Assembly: GCF_964204645.1 (NCBI RefSeq)
Contig: NC_134027.1
Coordinates: 10,076,485-10,140,484 of the forward strand
Direction of reading: 5' to 3'
From: Tubulanus polymorphus
Lineage: Eukaryota; Animalia; Nemertea
DNA: 64,000 bases
Each line of letters starts with the position of its first letter. Position 1 is the first letter of the stretch. The notes under the pieces are model-generated. The model saw only the letters and a program-made list of their open reading frames with translations. It did not search any database and was not told the origin of the DNA. Shown here in pieces: positions 1 to 11,519 of this stretch. Position numbers and translations under genes: made by a program.

Positions 1-2716
1 GTCTCGAGAAGCTCTGCAAAATGGCGCGTGCTGCCGTGTGAGGTCTCGCTTCAAAATTATTGTTTTATGGTAACTTAAGATTAACTCTATCTATGGTTAG
101 CAATTTATATTATACTTATTACTATATAAAGGTTATAAAAAGTAAAGTTTTTTCCATTTCATCAGTTTTAGTGCAGACCTGTCACCACAGGTCCCGAGAA
201 GCTCTGCAAAATGGCGCGAGCTGCCGGGTGAGGTCTCGCTTCAAAATTATTGTTTTATAGTAACTTAAGATTAATTCTATCCATGGTTAGCAATTTATAT
301 TATACTCTTTACTATAAAGAGACCATAAAAATTAATGTTTTCCTTCATTTCATCAGTTTTAATGCAGACCTGTGACCACAGGTCTCGAGAAGCTCTGCAA
401 AATGGCGCGAGCTGCCGTGTGAGGTCTCGCTTCAAAATTATTGTTTTATGGTAACTTAAGATTAATTCTATCCATGGTTAGCAATTTATATTATACTCTT
501 TACTATAAAGAGACCATAAAAATTAATGTTTTCCTTCATTTCATCAGTTTTAATGCAGACCTGTCACCACAGGTCTCGAGAAGCTCTGCAAAATGGCGCG
601 TGCTGCCGTGTGAGGTCTCGCTTCAAAATTATTGTTTTATAGTAACTTAAGATTAATTCTATCCATGGTTAGCAATTTATATTATACTCTTTACTATAAA
701 GAGACCATAAAAATTAATGTTTTCCTTCATTTCATCAGTTTTAATGCAGACCTGTCACCACAGGTCTCGAGAAGCTCTGCAAAATGGCGCGTGCTGCCGT
801 GTGAGGTCTCGCTTCAAAATTATTGTTTTATGGTAACTTAAGATTAACTCTATCTGTGGTTAGCAATTTATATTATACTTATTACTATATAAAGGTTATA
901 AAAAGTAAAGTTTTTTCCATTTCATCAGTTTTAATGCAGACCTGTCACCACAGGTCTCGAGAAGCTCTGCAAAATGGCGCGAGCTGCCGTGTGAGGTCTC
1001 GCTTCATAATTATTGTTTTATAGTAACTTAAGATTAATTCTATCCATGGTTAGCAATTTATATTATACTCTTTACTATAAAGAGACCATAGAAATTAATG
1101 TTTTCCTTCATTTCATCAGTTTTAATGCAGACCTGTGACCACAGGTCTCGAGAAGCTCTGCAAAATGGCGCGTGCTGCCGTGTGAGGTCTCGCTTCAAAA
1201 TTATTGTTTTATAGTAACTTAAGATTAATTCTATCCATGGTTAGCAATTTATATTATACTCTTTACTATAAAGAGACCATAAAAATTAATGTTTTCCTTC
1301 ATTTCATCAGTTTTAATGCAGACCTGTCACCACAGGTCTCGAGAAGCTCTGCAAAATGGCGCGTGCTGCCGTGTGAGGTCTCGCTTCAAAATTATTGTTT
1401 TATGGTAACTTAAGATTAACTCTATCTGTGGTTAGCAATTTATATTATACTTATTACTATATAAAGGTTATAAAAAGTAAAGTTTTTTCCATTTCATCAG
1501 TTTTAATGCAGACCTGTCACCACAGGTCTCGAGAAGCTCTGCAAAATGGCGCGAGCTGCCGTGTGAGGTCTCGCTTCATAATTATTGTTTTATAGTAACT
1601 TAAGATTAATTCTATCCATGGTTAGCAATTTATATTATACTCTTTACTATAAAGAGACCATAAAAATTAATGTTTTCCTTCATTTCATCAGTTTTAATGC
1701 AGACCTGTCACCACAGGTCTCGAGAAGCTCTGCAAAATGGCGCGTGCTGCCGTGTGAGGTCTCGCTTCAAAATTATTGTTTTATGGTAACTTAAGATTAA
1801 CTCTATCTATGGTTAGCAATTTATATTATACTTATTACTATATAAAGGTTATAAAAAGTAAAGTTTTTTCCATTTCATCAGTTTTAGTGCAGACCTGTCA
1901 CCACAGGTCCCGAGAAGCTCTGCAAAATGGCGCGAGCTGCCGGGTGAGGTCTCGCTTCAAAATTATTGTTTTATAGTAACTTAAGATTAATTCTATCCAT
2001 GGTTAGCAATTTATATTATACTCTTTACTATAAAGAGACCATAAAAATTAATGTTTTCCTTCATTTCATCAGTTTTAATGCAGACCTGTGACCACAGGTC
2101 TCGAGAAGCTCTGCAAAATGGCGCGAGCTGCCGTGTGAGGTCTCGCTTCAAAATTATTGTTTTATGGTAACTTAAGATTAATTCTATCCATGGTTAGCAA
2201 TTTATATTATACTCTTTACTATAAAGAGACCATAAAAATTAATGTTTTCCTTCATTTCATCAGTTTTAATGCAGACCTGTCACCACAGGTCTCGAGAAGC
2301 TCTGCAAAATGGCGCGAAGTTCCGTGTGAGGTCTCGCTTCATAATTATTGTTTTATAGTAACTTAAGATTAACTCTATCTATGGTTAGCAATTGATATTA
2401 TACTCATTACTATAAAGATACCATAAAAATTAAAGTTTTCCTTCATTTCATCAGTTTAAATGCAGACCTGTCACCACAGGTCTCGAGAAGCTCTGCAAAA
2501 TGGCGCGAGCTGCCGTGTGAGGTCTCGCTTCAAAATTATTGTTTTATAGTATTTCAAGATTTAATCTATCTATGGTAAGCATACAATTTTACATTCACCA
2601 TTAGATAGAGATCATAAAAAGTTCAGGTTTTTCTATTTCATCAGTTTTCAAGCAGACCTGTCACCACAGGTCCCGAAGCTCTGCAAAATGGAGCGAGCTG
2701 CCGTGTGAGGTCTCAC
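1..2716. repeat. Tandem satellite array, 190/191-bp monomers (two variants), about 14.2 copies visible, truncated by window start
   Basis: Monomers restart with GTC(T/C)CGAGAAGCTCTGCAAAATGG at 1, 191, 382, 573, 764, 954, 1145, 1336, 1526, 1717, 1907, 2098, 2289, 2480 and (degenerate) 2670. Type A (190 bp, ...tataaaggttataaaaagtaaag...) and type B (191 bp, ...aaagagaccataaaaattaatg...). The last copies are diverged. Confidence 0.97.
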
Positions 2717-3255
2717 TAATTAATCACAGTTATGTCTAATTTATCCTATGTCAACTTATAAGCTTGGACTGAAATGTTTTTAAATTATAAGTGCACTTGG
2801 TGAATTAATTATATTGCGAGTAATTAATAAAAATATGTAAATATATAGGGCCTAATCATAATGAGTATACTGATTGTTATTAATACTGATTATGAGTACA
2901 TAAGGCACTACCGGTACTGGTATCATTGCCTGATCTTGATATTTTCATGTTTCATGTTACAAAAAAATTAATAAATTGTAAACAATTCTTTCAATGTTCT
3001 CAAATCATTCACCATCATTGCATCTTTATCATATACAAGGCGATATAGTTCAACAACTACGGACCAACATAAATTCTTAAATGAATTCATAACACATCAT
3101 AGTTTGTTTTTTGTTTTTGAATAATATATTCAGAAAGCACTAAGATATGTTCTTTTTGTTTCTTATCGGCTATCATTTGTTCTAAATCCGCGCCTATCAT
3201 ATCTTCTAATCGACTATCATCGGTTCAGTCATAACGATTTTCATTTTAGCGAATC

Positions 3256-3330
3256 GACCTGTCACCTGAGGTCCCACCTGTCATGTCAGGTCTTGGGCCC
3301 TGACATGACAGGTTCTGGAAACTCTGCAGA
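3256..3330 (+). promoter_or_regulatory. Putative SLC2A13 proximal promoter with palindromic CCTG(T/A)CA..AGG elements
   Basis: About 60-130 bp upstream of the ATG: GACCTGTCACCTGAGGTCCC, then the inverted pair CCTGTCATGTCAGG / CCTGACATGACAGG. Function is inferred from position only. Confidence 0.4.
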
Positions 3331-3386
3331 CAGACCTAAATGCAGCTAGGAGCTAGAGGCGTAAATTCGCTGTCAAAAATTAAGAA

Positions 3387-6300
3387 ATGAGCGACTCTCC
3401 CGACGGTTTTGTCAAACAAAGATCGGCAGCATCGAAGCAACAACAAAAGGAGGATCGTCCGAAAATGTCGGACAAAGAACCGCTGTTAGCAGCTGCGGTT
3501 GCTCCTCCGTCTTCTGACGAATCTGTCGAATTGCAAAACACGGCCGTTTCCTACGGATCTACGCCCGACGACGAAGAAAATGTTCCGAAGAACGAAATTA
3601 ACGGCGATAACAGCCAATCCGATGAAGTACACATGCCGGCGATGACGAATTTTGTCTATGTGATCGCGTTTTTTGCGTGCATCGGTGGATTTTTATTCGG
3701 CTACGACACGGGCGTCGTGTCGGGCGCGATGATCTTCATCGTCAAACAATTCGGCCTCGACGAAGTTTGGACTGAATTGATAGTCAGCGTTACGATTGGA
3801 GCGGCGGCCGTTTTCTCGTTCGTCGGCGGTTTCCTGAACGATAAGTTCGGTCGAAAGCCGACGATTTTACTCGCCAGTTTCATATTCACAGTCGGAGCCG
3901 TAATTCTCGGCTTCTCGCAGAATAAATACCATTTGTTGATCGGTCGTATCGTAATTGGCGCCGGAATTGGTAAGCGTGCCGTCAAATTTTCGGCTTCTAT
4001 TTTTATGTTTTGATTAAAAAATTTCGATTTTTTGCTTTCGAATTTGGGTTTGCCGCAGAAAAACCAATGAAAACCGAAGGAAGTGGTCCATTGTTTTTTG
4101 ACATCTGCTTTATTTGAGAATGAATTAAACTCATCATTTGATCGTCTCCCTAAATGTGCATAGGGCCATTTGCATAAAAGTTAATAGAAGTTAACCACCG
4201 AATATGTACCATAGTTAAGATTAAAGCTGCAGCTATTATGGTATTTCTTCAGCTGGTTTACATCAACCAGACCAGTTGCACAGTCAAAATTTAGATTAAG
4301 ACCTTTCATATATTTATTTTTTATATTGAATCAAGCAGAAACAAATATACCATATATCAAGACCAGTCAAAGCCCAGTCAGACAGTTTAACATGTACGCT
4401 GCTGCCATGTTCTTCCCAGTTGCTAATGTGAGTTATCTATTAGTTGGCAATTGAGTGTATTGTATAGTCAGCCGTTGTTCATAATTGACAAATGATTAGG
4501 CCGATCATTGAGAATGAAGCTGAGTTAGTTTACTTAAGTGTCTGCCAATTGAACTGGATCATGTGTAAATGACCGAGTGTATATCAGACAACTGAATAAT
4601 GAGGATCAGCTATGAGGTAACTCGCATTGGCAATGATAGCTGAACAGTTTCCGTCTATGTCTCACACATTTGACTGCGTAAGTTAATTGGATTCTTAGCA
4701 GATCGAGTCAAGGGGAAAGCAACATGCATGTCACAGAAAAGTCAGGGAAAAGCAAGCCAAATTAGATAAAAGTGGCCCGCCCTGATAATGCTTTGAAATC
4801 GACAAATTTTGCGCGACACATAATTCAAGAAATCTTACTCGAGGTTGTCTTTTCGATCGTAGGTCTCGCTTCAATGACCGTGCCTGTGTACGTCGCCGAG
4901 ACTACGCCGGCCAACGTGCGCGGCCGTCTCGTTACACTTTATACAATGTTCATTACGTTCGGCCAATTCGTCGCCAGTGTCGTAGATGGCGCGTTCAGTT
5001 ATGATAAAGAGAACGGGTGGAGGTGAGTTATTTTATCGTAACTGTTGTAATACCGACTACGATTTTCTGATTTGCCCAGGTTTCACGTCGATGACCACGC
5101 CCGTATACCTCGCCGAAGTGTCGGTGGCCTCGGATAGGGGGCGCGTTGTAACGTTATACCAGATGTCGATAACTGTTGGTATATTATTATCGGGTATAAT
5201 GGCTGGTGCTTTCAGCTATTACCCGACCAGTGGTTGGAGGTAGGGTGTCTCGACTCAGCTATCTCTAACCGAGCATGTAACGTATCTTCGCTTTGTGACA
5301 AGGCAAAAACGTTTCTTTTTTGTTGATGAAACTCAGGACTATATCATGATTCATATGTATTCTATGATACAAAATACATAGTTCATTAAGACAACATTGT
5401 ATTATGAAACATTAACCCTTTCAGTGTGTCTACACACCGCAGTGCGGTGTATAAATCAGCGATAGAGTCAGACTTTGCTAGTACATCGCATCACAGTGTA
5501 TTGATATTAATAGTAATTAGTTTTTATCTATTGAAAGAAGGCAGCACCTGACAAACATAGTCATGTGTAAAGTTACTAACAATACACCGCACCGCGGTGT
5601 AGATGCACTTAAATGGTATGCCCACTGGGGTGGAATTTTTTAAATTTTCAAATTATCTCCAGCACTTTCGGGTATTAATTAGTCAGCACTGCAAGGGTTG
5701 AAATTGGAGGTCAACATGTGTTCCCTTCAAAAATTGCTTAAATGTCTATTATTGAATTGATAATGATGCAATGTAAAAATTACGTAATTATGATATCAAA
5801 TTTATATTTCATGATGTTTAGAATGTATTATTGTCTAAATGAAATATGTACTGATATATTATCCTGAATTTTATTCTGTACACATCATCTGGTGGTTCTT
5901 CGCTAATGAAACTTATTTTCCATATTTCATTCTTTTTTTGTTAACTTTTATAGTTCATTTTTCTATGTTAACCTATATAAAAATTAGGCATAGTAGTTTG
6001 TGCTTCAACTAAACCTTATGACCACTAACATAATTTTAACTTATAGATATGTTTAGAAAACCCACTTTGTTTTGCGACTTTTATTCTTACGTATTTAAAC
6101 ATTAGTTTAATATCACAAACTGAGGGTTAATTTTAATGTGATGTTTTTGGTCTGGTGATGGTTTCGGATATTGAATCGTATTATGCATTAAGTCATTATT
6201 ATAATTATTGTTATATTATTTCGGTCACCTATATGATCATTCATTATTACCGCTATGAAAAAATGACCAGAACATACAGAATTTTCATCCTTAAATGACT

Positions 6301-9300
6301 CAGTCATGAAGAATTAATACTGGAGCTTGTTGCTTAATGGTAGATTTAAGATAACTGGCGGATAAATACCATAGTAACAATGTCAACTATCCACCGGTTA
6401 ACCACTCTAACCAACTTTTAAGCAACTGGCCCCAGGTAGTTATGTCTAGTATGAAAAAGTTATTGGGTTGTTTTGCCCTGAAAGTCAACTCCACTACTTT
6501 GGTATGATACACTTCAACTGGTTGTGCTTACTTAGTTCATTAAGCTGGCCTACGTTCGGGTTTAGCCTGCACTGCTTAATGTCATATCATATTTATTTTC
6601 TGAATAATTTACATCAATGTATAAAAGATATCTAAGACTTATGTTACAATCATTTATTTCTAATAACTGTACGCATCCGTTTGTTCTGAATTTCCCAGGT
6701 ACATGCTCGGACTGGCCGGAGTGCCGTCGGTGATCCAATTCATCGGGTTCTTCTTCATGCCGGAAAGTCCTCGTTGGTTGGTGATCAACGATCGACACGA
6801 GCAGGCGCGTAAAGTTTTGTCGGTCATACGCGACGATCAAGACGTCGATAAAGAGCTCGAAACGATTCAAGAGTCGCTACTGGAGACCCGTCGCGAACAA
6901 AGCGAACATGGTAAACATTAGTATGACCTCTGCATCACTGGGTCCGGAGCCAGATGAACTCCTTCACTACCACAGATAATGTAACGCCTTGCACCGGGAT
7001 TCGAACCCGATGGCGTCATTCAATTCAAATCGATTCAGTATTTGAGGCTCTAGTTAAGAAAATATATTTGCAACGTAAAACAACAATGGGAATGGTTGGC
7101 ACTACAGTTAAACTTGCTTAATCGACCAAAAGGTTTTTTGTGTCCCAGCCATATTAGGTCAGTTTGGTTTTTGCATCGTAGTTAGCGGAATATTTGATAC
7201 AATTTTTAGTCACTCTGAAGGTTATGAATTCAAATTCTTATGGAGCAAATATCGTGTTTTTTTGTTTAAATAAGCATTTTACTTTGGTTGAAGGCAACAG
7301 AAACATACTGGTAGCTATGTTTAAAGATCCTGTCGTCAGGAAAGCGTTAGTAGTTGGCTGTGGGCTGCAAATGTTTCAACAAATCAGCGGAATTAACACT
7401 GTCATGTAAGTTTACTTCAATAGTATTCATACTGGGCACGTACGATAAATAATACACGCATGCTTGGATAGGTAAATCCTTACTTATTTCAATTTCTTTT
7501 CAGGTATTACAGCGCCACAATCATCAAAATGTCCGGAGTTCGAAGCGATTCGTCCGCCGTGTGGTTGGCCGCGTTGACCGCTGCGACTAATTTTCTGTTC
7601 ACATTCGTCGGCCTGTATTTGGTTGAAAAGATCGGCCGCCGATCCCTTATCATATCTAGTCAAGCAGGTACGCAGAAGACATATTTAGTAATGCAGTAGA
7701 TTCCGCTGACCAGTTAGTGGAGTCTGCTGTATAAACTTCTCTGTGATACTAAGTACAAAAAGGATGATGCACTGACAACAGAAAGTGCTATAGTATAGAA
7801 CACTTAGGATGGATTTGATTGATAGCTTACTTTAGTTGCAGTTCCACTGGTAATTTAACTTTATTTCGTTATATTGTTTTAGGTGTTGTATTCAGTCTCA
7901 TAGCTCTAGGGATAGGTTTCAACTTGGCCAGTGTATATTCACCGGATATTACTCAGCATGGGTTCAGCGTCGATCAATGCAACAAATACCAGTAAGTGCG
8001 TTCAAAATATAATAGATACCCTAATTCAAAATATGAAATTTGTGTCTCTGAATTAGAATATCAGGGGCTGGTTTTATAGACCTTAAAGTAAACTTTTGAG
8101 CAACTGGCATCGTCTCCATGTCTAATAGTTGCACTACATTTTAGTTGATTATTCGATAGTCGAATTTAGCCGTTTATCTAATTCCAGATCCTGTGATGCT
8201 TGTATCAGTAATCCGTATTGCGGATTTTGCTATACATCAGATCAAGGCAGCGTTACAAATTCTTCATGCCTCGCGGCGACGAACATTTCGCATGAAAGGT
8301 CGCAATACGGTCCATGTAATCGAACAAATTTAGATGCTAGTCAAATCTGGGCGTACAGCTACTGTCCTACGCCTTATTCCTGGATGGCTGTTGCTGGGCT
8401 TGTTATATACTTAGCATTTTTTGCACCTGGTAAGTCTACAATATTGCGCTAATGCAGGATTTGTGTGACTTCTTCCAAAACTCCCCCCATTTTCCATTTG
8501 AATCTTGATTCCAGCATGGGCTGTACAATTAAATTTAGTTAATTAGGGGAAGATTTGTTTCTTCTAAATTTTCCTATTAGCTGGTACAGTTGAACCTGCT
8601 ATTGGTAGATACTCAATCGATATCTATGAATTATGAGTTTCATGCTGTTTTTGAGAGAAAATTGCATCGAGAAATTATTGATTTGTCTTTGGGATCGGAG
8701 AAATCATAATAATTCGATTCGTTTTTCAGGTATGGGTCCGATGCCATGGACGATAAATAGTGAAATATATCCATTGTGGGCAAGAAGTGCAGGCGCAGCG
8801 GTTGCCACGTCAACGAACTGGATTTTCAATTTGATCATATCCATGACATTCCTATCTTTAACTCTTTCCATTACAAAATACGGTGAGTCTGTGTCCACGA
8901 AAGCGGGTGGGGGAGGAGTGACATTCTATTTTACTTCACGATTCTTTTATTTCACGATTCATCCAAACGACAATGGTGTCATTCTCCCAACTTTGTAACT
9001 CCCAAAATCACGTGACAGATATATTTATTGATTTAGATATAACATCCCTATTTTAGAATTTTGAATGAAACTTTTCTACATACATAAGCGTTAACAGAGC
9101 AACCCATGTTACTTCCTAAGTTCCCCAGCAATTGGAACCTTACGATACAGAACTACTGACTGACTGAATGTGTAAACAGTGGACCTGTGAAACTTAGTGG
9201 TTGGGATGGTTTAGTCATTCTAGTCACTCCCTCTTTCAAGATGGCCACCATTACTTAAACATACTGGAATGACATACACTTGTAACTTTCATCACCATCT

Positions 9301-9529
9301 GTAGTCCCTTTGCCACGCTGACCACCTACCCACCATAAAATACTCTGGATATACTCATGCTGATGTTTGTTTTTGCTTTTTTTAAAATTTTTCAGGTGCT
9401 TTCTACTTATACGGCTGTTTAGCGTTTTTGGGCTTGTTGTTCTCGATATGGCTTGTGCCAGAAACCAAGGGCAAACAACTGGAAGAAGTGCAAGAATTGT
9501 TCAAAAAACCATGGCTGAAGTGTTGCTGA
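3387..9529 (+). CDS. SLC2A13: H+/myo-inositol cotransporter-like MFS sugar porter (HMIT), 622 aa, 9 coding exons with alternative exon 2
   Basis: Exons 3387-3969, 4863-5022 or 5080-5239, 6699-6910, 7294-7405, 7504-7667, 7883-7991, 8188-8429, 8730-8882, 9396-9529. All introns are GT-AG with consistent phase (1869 nt). Motifs: [41 protein letters not shown], Cys-rich loop SCDAC..NPYCGFC typical of [26 protein letters not shown]. Confidence 0.95.
4863..5022 (+). CDS. SLC2A13: SLC2A13 exon 2a (HMIT-type TM4-TM5)
   Basis: tcgtag|GTCTC...TGGAG|gtgagt, 160 nt, phase 1 to 2; encodes [54 protein letters not shown]. Confidence 0.92.
5080..5239 (+). CDS. SLC2A13: SLC2A13 exon 2b (paralogous mutually exclusive exon)
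   Basis: gcccag|GTTTC...TGGAG|gtaggg, 160 nt, same phases as 2a, no stop codons; encodes [54 protein letters not shown]. Confidence 0.85.
5412..5701. mobile_element. MITE with piggyBac-like ends (TTAA-CCC...GGG-TT), copy 1
   Basis: Starts TTAACCCTTTCAGTG and ends GCAAGGGTTGA. Its internal ACACCGCA..GCGGTGTA hairpins are shared with 21461-21726 and 59455-59690. Confidence 0.65.
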
Positions 9530-10445
9530 CAGGATTTCCAATGCAGTGGGGTTACACTTTTTGATTTGATTCATTTGGAGTTGAATTGGGAGGTCTTATA
9601 CACATTCTTGTTGTACACGTGGAAAATTTCAAGTGATGTTTTTAGATCAGTTTCTTAGATAATACTTCAAACGTCTGTCTACCCTTCCGGATATATAATT
9701 GCAGGAACGAGATTAAATGGCTAGTTATTTTACAGCCATAATTTTTAGATTGATAACAGTATGAATGCATAAAGCGTGCTTATCAATTGTTAATTCAGTC
9801 GTTTTAGATAAAATGCCTCGAAGGGAGGGGGTTAAGGCAGTGCATGGATCGAAATTGAATGCATAATCATATCTTAAATTCATAATATTTGGTGCCATTT
9901 TGTGGGCTGCATGTAAGAGCCAGCTTTGTGATTGATGGATTAACCCTTTAATCGGCAATCGGTCGCTAGCGACCGATTTGAATAGACCAGCTATAGTGAA
10001 TAGGATAGTCAAGTATTGATTTCAGTGTAGCATACTAACTCATTTTCCTGTGAGCAGATGGCGGCACCAGACAGCCTACAATGTCTAACAAAGCAGGAAA
10101 GTGATATATCAAACATTTGGCATGTATTAGGGGGTATAGAAACCATGTGTCACGTGGGTCAGATTTCCAAGGTTGAGAAGATCGTAAGTAGTAATGGCCA
10201 ATGCACTAAAGACGTTCTCTAGTGATTTTGGCTGCTATTTTGGACATAGTAATGAACGATTCTGATGATAATTCGTATTGGGATGAATCTGATGACAGTG
10301 CTTGATTATGGATGGCCCTAAAATCTGGATAACCTTGGGATCTGTGACCTTGGGGTCAGACCCTGAAGGTAACCCCCAAAGTTGGCAAACTTGGTACCAT
10401 TCAAGGTTGTTTCAAGATTGGTTTCTGTAGATGTTGACCAGGGAA

Positions 10446-10513
10446 CGTTGTCAGATTGTCAAGCAATTCAAACCACTTTCCAAGTTGGCATGGTGTCTCT
10501 GGACCCCTAGTCA
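10446..10513. repeat. Dispersed repeat; reverse-complement copy at about 52718-52785
   Basis: TCAAACCACTTTCCAAGT.GGCATGGTGTC.CTGGACCCCTAGT matches the reverse complement of 52718-52762. Confidence 0.6.
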
Positions 10514-11519
10514 TTCAGGTAATAATTTTTAGATGTCACGTTATGCAACAAAAGGAAGATGCATTGTCATTGTAACTTAGGAATTCTTTTGACCAAAATC
10601 GATTTCATAAATCCACCCGGGAGTCAATTGCAGGGAATATATTTTCAACCTATAAGCTAGGCGAAGAGCCTGTGATGCATTGTATGGTTGTGAATCAAAC
10701 ATTTAGTACATTCCTCGATCATGATGTTGCATTTCTGTTTAAATGGATTTTTTCAAACATTTTACAATAATACAAGGTGGTGTACTTTTCAAATTTTGAT
10801 AGAAACAGCATGAAAATTATGATAGAATTCTATTTATCTATAATCCATGTCTTCCAGAGTTTAAATCTGTCCAGTATGTCGAGTTGTATTTATACTATGC
10901 AACTTAACACTTTTTTGAACCAACACAAAATGCACTACTTTTTGATACTACCGGTATGTATATGCATCAACATAGGTTTATTGTCTTTATTACAATGTAA
11001 TAAATTGCTTAACTTATTCAAATTCCTCGAAGTGAAAAAGTCGATCGATCAACAATAATGAAGGCTAAGTATATACCTATGATCAGATGTTCTAAATGCC
11101 ACTACCTTAAAATAAGTGAAAGAAGAAACTTATTCGTATCCTTAAGCCAAAAGAGGCTCTTCTGGTAAAAGGGAATTATTTTTCATCACTTATCGTAATT
11201 GTTATTAAGAATACATTATAATCATGTTGGTACCAAATAAATTTATTTATGAAGTTAAAAGTATACTGTTTTCAGTCGTTACCTCATTACATGTATTTAT
11301 CTTCGTTATTTTGATTGTTTCATACTAACTTCCGAACTATGTACTGATCCTGATGTGAGGACCAAAAGGGTATTTCAGATCTCAACTGCCATATATGTCA
11401 TTGACGGTAGATTTGGCTATTAGAAGATTCTAAAGTTGCGACACCCTTTCAAGAATGCTGGGAAATTTGTGCGTAAATACAATAAGTTCATCGAATATCA
11501 TATTTGTTTATACATGTAG

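Noticed and set aside
335-365. Minus-strand CTGATGA...GAAA in each monomer suggesting a hammerhead ribozyme
   Set aside because: Only 3-7 non-pairing bases lie between CTGATGA and GAAA, so there is no stem II, and no convincing stem I or III.
60-2366. Nine 66-69 aa ORFs in the array; CRISPR-like appearance
   Set aside because: They are by-products of the repeat with TTG starts. There are no unique spacers or cas genes, and the context is eukaryotic.
4861-4874. 14-nt identity AGGTCTCGCTTCAA between the satellite and the start of exon 2a
   Set aside because: A single 14-mer match to a 190-bp monomer within 64 kb is plausible by chance, and the exon sequence is explained by coding constraint.
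4606-5263. TCAGCTAT(C)/GATAGCTGA complementarity around the alternative exons as a docking-site mechanism
   Set aside because: Only 8-9 bp, and the pairing would loop out both exons. The 57-nt intron and frame incompatibility already explain exclusivity.
6985-7012. tRNA-like T-arm (reverse complement GGTTCGAATCCCGGT)
   Set aside because: No full cloverleaf; probably a SINE fragment.
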